Source: Nemertoderma westbladi (taxonomy: Eukaryota > Animalia > Xenacoelomorpha). Taken from it: a stretch of 64,000 nt of DNA. Each line of letters opens with the position of its first letter. Position 1 is the stretch's first letter. Made by a program: the position numbers and the translations under genes. The notes below the pieces were generated by a model. It searched no databases. It saw only the letters and a program-made list of their open reading frames with translations, and was not told where the DNA came from. Positions 54,936 through 64,000 of the stretch are shown piece by piece. The stretch lies in assembly GCA_032718475.1 (NCBI GenBank), contig JAUCBJ010004986.1, forward strand, positions 9,231-73,230, written 5' to 3'.

Positions 54936-55024
54936 GTGATAGTGGAGTTGTGGCGGTGCAATTTTGTCGATAAGCCGGCACAGCATTCTTAAAAATGCAG
55001 CATGCCGATCCTAGTAGTAGTAGT
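54936..55024 (+). mobile_element. Short 3'-terminal fragment of the same RTE family
   Basis: GGAGTTGTGGCGGTGCAATTTTGTCGATAAGCCGGCACAGCATTCTTAAAAATGCAGCATGCCGATCC(TAG)n matches the RTE 3' end. Confidence 0.9.
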
Positions 55025-55630
55025 TTAAAAAAAATCTGGATTCTATTTAAAACGCATGGAATCGTTCTAAAACGTGTTTAAAATCAATAAATTTGCTAAA
55101 AATATCACTAAAATGTTAAGAACATTTATTATTTGCTTGTATCAGTTATAATTACATCAGAACATTATAATTATAACAATTATACACTTATACAGTATAT
55201 TAATAGCAGATTTCAAGTATATAGGTGGTAGATGATAGAAAGGCGCAGTGAATGGATATATTTTGGCGGTTGATTCTAATTACAGAATTATAATATATCC
55301 ATTACAAACTGTACACAGTGTGCTGCAGCAGTACGTGGGTACGTACTAAAAGGTCAAGGGGCTAGAGCAGTAGACTTCATACTGTAAACTTCTTACTGTA
55401 GTAGCTATGCTACTGCATGTGCAGTAGGCCTACTGTACCTGGCAGGTGGTCGCGTATTCCTCGAGACAGACGTTTTTGTAAATGCGGTTCTATATAGACC
55501 GAAGCCCATGCCCTTCTAAGTTGCTCTCTACTAGGTGATCTCCGGGAATCCTACCCCCATCTTGATTTCTCATGTGTAAATCACCTTTTCTTAGAATCTA
55601 CTTACGAGTCATGTGCATCATTCATTTACG

Positions 55631-55891
55631 AAGCTTTGATTTTATTAGAAGAAGAATATTATTTTTGTTTTGGAAGTTTAAACTTGCGTACTGCAATTGT
55701 GAAAGTGCTGTATTTATTTTTGGCGTCATTATTTAGAATTTATTATGGTATGGTTTACAAAGCTTCGCTTATATTAGAATAATAATATTATTTTTGTTTT
55801 GGTAGTATAAACTTACGTACTACAATTAGTGTGATAGTGCTGTATTTATTTTGGCGTCATTATTTAGAATTTATTATGGTATGGTTTACAA
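55631..55891. repeat. Diverged tandem duplication, two copies of ~130 bp
   Basis: AAGCTT...GGCGTCATTATTTAGAATTTATTATGGTATGGTTTACAA occurs twice in succession. Confidence 0.85.
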
Positions 55892-55909
55892 CCTTTTTAG
55901 ATTTACAAC

Positions 55910-56446
55910 TGTTTTAGGTAGGTTTAGCTAGTAATTTTGACACTGGTTCCGACATCCTACTTCCTTCTATAAATATTTTGTAGTAGGTGGTTCTTGTTAC
56001 TATTTGTATAGAAAATGTTCCATAACATGTTAGCTATTAATTTTTAGAAAAAATTATGTTCTAGAACAAATATTTTCTGTTCTAGAACATTTTTTAGAAA
56101 AAAATCTGGATTATATTTAAAACGCATAGAATCGTTCTAAAACGTGTCTAAAATCAATAAAAAAAATTGTGAAAAAAAATATTGTGAAAAAAAATTTTGA
56201 TTTTTAAATTGATTTTATACACGTTTTAGAAGGATTCCATGCGTTTTAAATATAATCCAGATTTTTTACGAAAAAATGTTCTAGAACAAAAAATATTTGT
56301 TCTAGAACATAATTTTTTTTAATTAATAGCTAACATGTTCTGGAACATTTTCTAGACAAATAGTAACAATAACTACAAAATATTTATAGAAGGAAGTAGG
56401 ATGTCGGAACCAGTGTCGAAATTACTAGCTAAACCTACCTAAAACA
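55910..56446. mobile_element. Foldback/MITE-like long inverted repeat (~250-bp arms)
   Basis: TGTTTTAGGTAGGTTTAGCTAGTAATTTTGACACTGGTTCCGACATCC... mirrored by ...GGATGTCGGAACCAGTGTCGAAATTACTAGCTAAACCTACCTAAAACA; partial copy at ~55026-55090; no clear TSD. Confidence 0.8.
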
Positions 56447-56667
56447 CTAGCTACCATAAAATGTTGTATCTTACTTAACGAGGAGGCTTCAATTACATCC
56501 ATTGACCAAATTGCAGCAAATGAAAATTTATAGAACTCTCCCCATATCAAAATATAAAATTGTTGTAAAAAAAATCTTGCCCCCAGTCACCGCCCCCAGT
56601 TAACTCGATGGCATGGCCTTGTATATAGTACGCCTTGGTTATAACGTGATATTTGCATCCATTTGGA

Positions 56668-56839
56668 CTTAGTTCACGTGCTGCTCGAAGCCCCAAGTTT
56701 ACCAGTCAGCTTAGTTGTTCACGTGCTGCTTGAAGTCCCAGACTAGTTAACCAGTCAGCTTAGTTGTTCAAGTGGTGCTCGAAGCCCCAGAGTAGTTTAC
56801 CAGTCAGCTTAGTTGTTCGCGTGCTGCTCGAAGCCCCAG
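56668..56839. repeat. ~48-bp tandem repeat, ~4 copies
   Basis: TTCACGTGCTGCTCGAAGCCCCAG..TTTACCAGTCAGCTTAGTTG repeated with substitutions. Confidence 0.85.
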
Positions 56840-58176
56840 AATAGATAAAACAACAACAATAACGGATGAGTGAGTTAAGAGTTAAACCGATAAGAAATAA
56901 TTTATTCTGATTCAATACTCTGACTTCTCTATACTATTCATGTATTCAATGTTAAAACATATTTGAATTTTCCGCCAAAATATAGGTGGCAGATCTGATC
57001 TGCCACCCTTTTCAGTACAAATTACATGTCTGTCAATCATTTGAATTTCCCGCGCTATGGAGCAGGGTGGCACCTTTTAGGGACTTGTACCTTGCTGTGT
57101 TTGACATAGCTGCCTCCCCCATACAGCCATAGCAGCATACTGGCATAGGCTGGTCAAAAGCCCTCAAACAGTAAACAATACAGCAATACCAATCAATAAC
57201 AGCAAAAAATATACCCCTGTACGCTATACAGCTATACCCAGATCTGATACCTGAATACAGCAATGGCAATACCTACAGTGTACAGGTAGGCCTACCTGCT
57301 GACCCCTGACCTGCCTATGGCCCAATGCTGTACCCCTGACCTGCCTATGGCCCATGCTGTACCGTACTGTAATACAGTAATACTGTAATAGCCTACATGT
57401 AATACCAGAATACAGTAATCCTGTAATCGGTCTGTTGGTACACTGGTACAGGGGCAGGCAGGCAGGGGCCTAATACTGTAATAGTCCGATAGGCGATAGC
57501 AGATAGCAGGATAGTGCAATCCAATAGGCTATCGGTACAACATTTGTGGGAGAAGGCTAAGCAAGGCAGCAAGGCTGAAGGACCTTACTGCTTCTGTGCT
57601 TTAGCTTTAGGCTACGCAAGTACTCAAGCATCTGAACATAATACCCTGTAATAGCCCAGTAGCCTACCAGCCTACAACCAACTACCGCGGTACATCTGTA
57701 CATTACAGACTAGGCTGCTAGGCCTATCTGCCTATAGCAGTAGGCCTATAGTACCGGTAGTGGTAACAGGGTAATTAGTAGGGTCTATCTGTCTATACTA
57801 TACAGCTATAACTGCTGAACTGTATGTATAGGATAGGCCTAATACTCAGATACTGCATACTGCAATCAAAAGGCCTTCAGGCAGGCTGGTGACCAAAATT
57901 ACCTGTCTGACGGTAGGGTCGGTAGGCAGGTACAGAGCTGCAGAGGTAGCACGCAGGCAGGTAGGCCTTACAACTTTTAACTTTACAGATTTAGACTAAT
58001 TGCCTTATTTTCAGTCTGTCAGTAGGCCTAGGCCAACCAAACTCTGATAGGCCTACTACATACTTAACTGAAACTGACTAGTGAATACTAATTCGATTAG
58101 GATTAGGCATATTATTTAATTACTGGTTCTCAATCTTGAATCTTCCCAACAAGGTTCCACATTTATAATTTTAAAC

Positions 58177-58758
58177 ATGAGTAAATCACCAAAGACTACC
58201 CGAACCAAGATAGAACTGGAGGAGGAAGAACCAGACTATGTTGTAGAAAAGATTATTGACCGACGAAAAACAAAGACCGGCCATATCCAGTATTTTCTGA
58301 AGTGGCAAGGCTTTGATAACCCCGAAGATAACACCTGGGAGCCTATGGAAAACCTAGATTGCGACGAGCTTATCACGGAGTTCGAAAAGAAGAGAAAAGC
58401 AACTAAAGAAGCCAAGATCGAAAAACCAAAACAAAAGGAGAAAGAAAAACCAAAAGAGAAACGAAAGGCGGAGTTGCAACAAACGGAAATTGTAAAGAAA
58501 AAGAAGTCTAGGAACGATTCGGTTGATGATGGGGGTAAACGAGGCTTCGATCGTGGGTTGGAACCTGATAGAATAATTGGAGCGACCGACACCGGTGGAG
58601 AACTAAAGTTCCTTATGAAGTGGAGAAACAGTGAGGAGGCGGATCTAGTTCGCTCAAAGGATGCCAACATAAAATGCCCTCAGGTTGTAATTAAGTTCTA
58701 TGAAGAGCGACTAACCTGGCACAGCTATTCTACCGAGGAAGAGGAAACCTGCCCTTGA
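58177..58758 (+). CDS. HP1: Heterochromatin protein 1 family chromobox protein, intronless CDS
   Basis: Acidic stretch, chromodomain ([30 protein letters not shown]), basic hinge, chromoshadow domain ([41 protein letters not shown]). Confidence 0.96.
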   Translation: MSKSPKTTRTKIELEEEEPDYVVEKIIDRRKTKTGHIQYFLKWQGFDNPEDNTWEPMENLDCDELITEFEKKRKATKEAKIEKPKQKEKEKPKEKRKAELQQTEIVKKKKSRNDSVDDGGKRGFDRGLEPDRIIGATDTGGELKFLMKWRNSEEADLVRSKDANIKCPQVVIKFYEERLTWHSYSTEEEETCP

Positions 58759-60829
58759 TCGTAATGTTATAGAGGAAGAGGAAACCTGCCCTTTATCGTA
58801 ATGTTATATAGTACTATAACTAACAACAGTCTAAGGTTTAACGTTGCAATCTTTTATCACTGATTGAACTAAATGACTTTACCATGAGTTTGTCCGTTGG
58901 GACCTTCGCTATTTTTATAGCAGCTTGCAGCTATTGTTTCTCTATTTACCAGCAGTTTTATAATTATACAATAACGTGGTATAATATATATATACGGTAT
59001 ATTCCGTTTTGTAGTTAGCTCTATTCCGGTAATATAAATAAATAAATACTTATTGATAGGTCTATAAAGTATATTATTATCCATTTGTGTTTCTTTATTT
59101 GTTTGTATTTGCTGTTTAATCAATCTGCATCTATATTCTGTATATATATCCATAGGCTCAATATGAGTACAATGGAACTGTAGTAATTCAAGTACAATAA
59201 TTACAGGATTACTTTACTGTCATATGATTTAGTAAGTAACTATCTCAATTACTGTGTTTCCCAAATTCTACCGGTACTCATAATAGTTATATTATAAAGT
59301 ACTTCATCAAATGCAAGGCGCTTAGAACTTTTATATTGTAAATGCCAACTTTTATGTCTATATATCCTTGTATTCCTCCAAAAGAACATATGTAAATATA
59401 CAGGGCTGATATATGAATTAATAAATATCCTTTAATTATTACTATAATATAAATAATAAATTCCAGTGATTTCGGTTAGGATAATCAAACGCATGCTTAA
59501 CTGTTATATTGTAAAAGGCAAGTTTGATGTCAATTTATACATTATCCGGATAAGTGGAATTTGCGACAACACCTGCTAAAACCTGTAATAACACTCAGTT
59601 GCAATAAAAAACAGTAGACCACAGTCAAAATAGACTTGAAAATAGACTAAAAATAGAAATTCTGCGAAGTTTCGGCTGTGCATATCGCCATCAATTCGTG
59701 GGTAAACAGTCCAACGTCTGTGCTGGACTACACTCAAAATGTCTGGACATCACTCAAATCATGTAATTCATTATTCTGCGGTACTGTTCATCTATTATCT
59801 ACCTGTAGGCCTACCCAGTGTTTTATGTACCGGTAGTTCTGTGTACTGCGACAGTGTAAGCAGAGTGAATGATTTGCTATCTTAGTTAGCATACTGTTAC
59901 CGCAGTTTCAATAGAAGCTGTCTTTCTGTTGTTTGGTCTTTGAGGGTTTTAACTATCCGTATAGCCGTAAGCTAGGCATGCAAACTATTCACTCTGCTGA
60001 CACTGGACGTGGACACTACACTAAAGAACAGAACTACATACAATACTGTGTAGGCCTATACTGCTATACGTAGATAACTGGTGAACAGTAATCCAAGATA
60101 CTGAATTACATAATTTGATTGTTGTCCTGACATTTTGAGTGTTGTCCCTAGACTTTTGACTGCTTTCCTATGATTTGTAGGTGATATGCGATGCGGAGCC
60201 GAAACAATTACTTCTAGGTCTGCAATCTAGTGATATTCACATTTTTATGGCTACTTTATGGCTTTTATTGTCACAAATTCCACCTATCCTATATACCCTT
60301 GCATTCCTGCAAAAGTACATACCGGTATGTAAATATACTGGGAGCGAGCATGATAATATGGATAATAAATATCAGTGATTTCGGTAAAAAAAATTGCTTA
60401 AAGGTTACCATTAATGAATGAGCTTCTTAATCTGATCTGCGCGTGCCATCCTACTCGTAAGGGTGCCTCTTTATTACCGGTACACATAAACTCTTCCCAT
60501 CACACTTAGTCGGTATTATTTATATTTTTATTTCTGGTATTGACGTGATACCATATTTAAATTATCAACAACATTGTCCATAGCCAACATGCTAATTCTA
60601 AAATGTTATTTTATAATTCCTATAAGATGTCTGTTGGTCGTACTTTTGTTGTATTATAAATTAAAGATTTTCTAGGATTGCTTTTAGTGGATATTTTATG
60701 TTCACCGTCCGATAATTGATAATTTTCTGTAAAGTATATATCATGCGTTTGTTGTCTATACTATATTGGTATCTTTTTATACTGCAATATCAATAAAATT
60801 AGGTGATATATCCGCTAATAATGTTTAAC

Positions 60830-60866
60830 GGGGGGGGGGGGGGGGGGGGGGGGGGGGTGGGGGTGG
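60830..60866 (+). repeat. Poly-G tract (G-quadruplex-capable)
   Basis: Run of about 28 G followed by TGGGGGTGG. Confidence 0.8.
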
Positions 60867-61049
60867 TATGTGATATTCACTTATTGTTGTTGCAGAAAGA
60901 TGTAGATGTGGTACAGTACGATCTGATGATTAACTCTAGGCTAGATTGTGAGTTGTGAGAGCCGATTCCTGTTAGATTTGCTCATGGATCTAGCATTGCA
61001 GTGTACAGTAAGGATACTCAATATGCCTATATGCATTGCAAATCTGTAC

Positions 61050-61560
61050 TATTTTTCTGGACATTTATTGACGGAAGGCCAAACAGCAGGATGAGATACT
61101 TATAATGGCGAGATACTTCCATCAACAAAGTCGATATCTGTGACTAGTTTTCGGAGGGCGCTGGTCACCTCGCCGTTGCAGTGAGACAGCTCGCCACAAA
61201 GACACCTCGCCGCACATTATCTGCGGTGAGGTGACCTGCGGCGAAGTGGCTGCGCGGCGAGGTGACCAGCAGCACCCGTTTTCGGATATCTGCTTGGGCC
61301 GTCCTCATTGCATAATCAAATACAATATGAATAGTAATGACGCCAATGTCCCCATGCAGTACGTCAACCAGGATTGAAATGAACTCAGTTTCACCATCTC
61401 GTGAGAGTACCTGAGCGTCTATGTCACAATATAACAATGCTTATGCCAGCGGCAATTAGTTATGGTATTCCATAAGCTCTTAGGATTTCCAGCATTTTAC
61501 CTCGAATGCTTCCTTGAAGTCCACAAATGTCAGAACTGCAGGTTCCTTCAACCAGTCTCG
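61050..61560 (-). pseudogene. Old RTE-clade RT fragment
   Basis: Minus strand PAVLTFVDFKEAF, KMLEILRAYGIP, DGETEFISILVDVLHGD, LVTDIDFVD with stops and frameshifts; boundaries approximate. Confidence 0.75.
61156..61277. mobile_element. 122-bp GC-rich MITE, Mutator-like
   Basis: 9-bp TSD GTTTTCGGA (61147-61155 and 61278-61286); GGG...CCC ends; perfect 16-bp inverted repeat GCTGGTCACCTCGCCG / CGGCGAGGTGACCAGC; internal CTCGCC subrepeats. Confidence 0.8.
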
Positions 61561-62191
61561 GTAGCGCTAGTATTAGCACCAGAGCTATTATGTTGATCTA
61601 TTTGGTCGAAATACATTTTTGCTCTTACAGTTTCTATACAGTATGTTATTCAATTTTGGGTACATTGCGTTTTTTTTTATAAGTATACAAAATAATTTAA
61701 TTTTATCCTAAATTCAATCTTTTAAAAATATTAAAAATGTGTATACCAGCCCACTAAAGAGATATAATTCTTTATCATTTTAAAGTTGTACTGTATATTT
61801 TGGTGCTACCACAACGAGACTGGCCCCACGATAGTTTGTTATTGGCGTACCGAAGTCTCCTTTCTTGGAAAGAGGATTTAGTTGGCTTTTAGTCCAAATT
61901 AGTGGTATCTTTTCCCATTGGAATATCCGGGGAGGGGGATACTGCCATATTCCACTATTCTGATATTGTTAAAGTGGTACTCCTCCCACTCCTACTGACC
62001 CAGTCTTTCATCCTGTCATCCCACCTGATCCAGAAATCCACAGATCCACAACCCAGCAACCGCAATACAGCAATACCGGTAGGCCTACTGCAATAAATGA
62101 TTCATCCGATGGTGATATGATATACAGATACGTCTGTGTAGGCCTAACTTTTTACTGATTTACGCCAAAACTTAACCTGTTAACACCTGAC

Positions 62192-62884
62192 ATGTCAGAG
62201 AGATTTTCGAATGTGAATAGCATCGATAATAAAAACAGAGTAAATGAATATCACGGCGACTTTAACTTTAGCGTTGGAGGCGGGGTAATTCCTGTCCACA
62301 AACTTATAGTGGTTGGGGGTGGCGGCGTGGGTAAATCGGCCATCACCCTGCAGTTCGTTAAATCTACTTTTATCTCCAACTACGATCCAACGATCGAAGA
62401 TTCCTACACGAAAAAGGTGGTGGTTGATGGTATTCCCGCCAAGTTGGATATACTCGATACCGCAGGACAGGATGAGTTTTCCGCAATGCGCGAACAATAT
62501 ATGAGAACAGGGGAAGGTTTCTTGCTAGTATTCTCCTTAACGGATCGTCTTAGTTTCGAGGAAATTATTCGTTTTCATATGCAAATACTTCGTGTTAAAG
62601 ATCGCGATGTCTTCCCCATGGTGTTAGTCGGAAATAAGTGCGATTTAGAGAATCAGAGGGTTATTTCTGAGGATGAGGCAGAGATGCTGGGTAGGCAGCT
62701 GCACATACCGTATCTGGAGGCCAGCGCCAAGGCCAGACACAATGTGGACGACGCATTCACAGTTCTTGTACAGCTAATGCGGAAGTACAAGGAGATGGAG
62801 AGACAACCATCTCGCGAACCAAATCGAGAACGGAGGTTGAGGAGTAAGGAAGGATCTATCGGTTGCAAGTGCACTATATTATAG
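62192..62884 (+). CDS. RRAS2: Ras-family small GTPase, R-Ras/R-Ras2 (TC21)-like, intronless CDS
   Basis: [64 protein letters not shown], CaaX CTIL with upstream Cys; exact paralog assignment uncertain. Confidence 0.9.
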   Translation: MSERFSNVNSIDNKNRVNEYHGDFNFSVGGGVIPVHKLIVVGGGGVGKSAITLQFVKSTFISNYDPTIEDSYTKKVVVDGIPAKLDILDTAGQDEFSAMREQYMRTGEGFLLVFSLTDRLSFEEIIRFHMQILRVKDRDVFPMVLVGNKCDLENQRVISEDEAEMLGRQLHIPYLEASAKARHNVDDAFTVLVQLMRKYKEMERQPSREPNRERRLRSKEGSIGCKCTIL

Positions 62885-64000
62885 TTGTTACGGTTGGTTA
62901 CCCTGGGGAATGCAATGCTTTTACAAACCACATATTGGCTCATTGCCCGTATTCACACACATTTCCCATGTACAAGCAAATGTTATTAGAACTAATGTAT
63001 TAACATCATTGCTGCATGATGGTCGGTATAGATTATATAGTTGTGAGATTTGATTGTCATGATTTGCATATTCAAATGTTCAATTAGCATTTATTATGGT
63101 AATGTAATTAATTATTGAGCCGGAGATTAAAAATGTATCTATTTCAGAAATAAGTGAATAGAAGAATTAGTCGAATAAATGTGTGGAATAACAAACTATA
63201 TATATTTTTTTTTTATTTAAACAAACATTTTTAAACGAGAGTTTCATATTAGAATTAATGAAGAAGTTACAATGTGCTACTTTTCAATTTCAGTATATTA
63301 ATTTATTAAAATTTTATGTTTTTTTTCGATTTAATTTATTTATCAAAATAAAATCATACCGTCTCGTAAACAATCACAGTCAAATTAAAAATTTATAAAT
63401 TTAAATGATTAATAATTTATTGTCAATCTGGAAATTATTTATTTAATTTGGTTATTCACCTGTCCTTATAGTAATAATTGCTGATTGGCATGGATTTTTA
63501 TGTTGGTCCGTTTGTAAGGATATCCAAAACAGTAGCAAGAATTGCAACGATACCAAGTGTGTAGGTACATAAACGGGGTGCAGGGGGGTCAGTCTACATC
63601 ATCAGAATATCATTTATGATATATTGAACTTTCCCTTAAATCGCGTAGTATTATATTATTATTATATTATATTAATTCATAGTATTGCTAATAATCGCTT
63701 TTAGTATATTTTATTTATATTAATAATAAACAATGTTTGTTTTGTTCGTTTATATTAATTTGATCGTTTTGTTTATTTATAATAAACGTGAAATTTCTGA
63801 ATATAATTTTTAGTGCGATAGAATAGCGCCGTTATTTATTAGTTATTACAAATGAAAGTGCCATCGAGTCTACCATATTATTTATAAGAGATTATTCGTT
63901 ATTTTATACTAATGGATTGGTGAAATAGATATAATTAAATATAAATATAGTTAATTAGTTAATAAACGAAAGAAGCAGTGCTTTAAATGTCTAGATGTCT

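Noticed and set aside
42155-62884. Functional clustering of a plexin-like receptor with an R-Ras-family gene
   Set aside because: Plexins are reported GAPs for Ras-family GTPases, but no GAP domain is visible here and adjacency alone is no evidence.

Overview
AT-rich eukaryotic (probably invertebrate animal) genomic DNA. Positions 1-41972 are a ~52-bp minisatellite array (roughly 650-700 units, open at the left edge). It is interrupted by a 5'-truncated Neptune-type Penelope-like retroelement (GIY-YIG endonuclease, internal ~154-bp satellite, candidate minimal hammerhead ribozyme) and by a TTAA-flanked non-autonomous DNA transposon. Two exons of an IPT/TIG-domain single-pass receptor (plexin/MET-like) follow, then a 53 x 42-bp array. 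The most striking observation is that both arrays appear to be tandem amplifications of this gene's own exon/5'-splice-site junctions. The rest holds three intact intronless ORFs (NAPRT, HP1-family chromobox protein, R-Ras2-like GTPase), a nest of decayed LINEs (one with a 2A-like DIETNPGP motif; several RTE copies) and several MITE/foldback elements. All calls come from reading the sequence; no searches were run.
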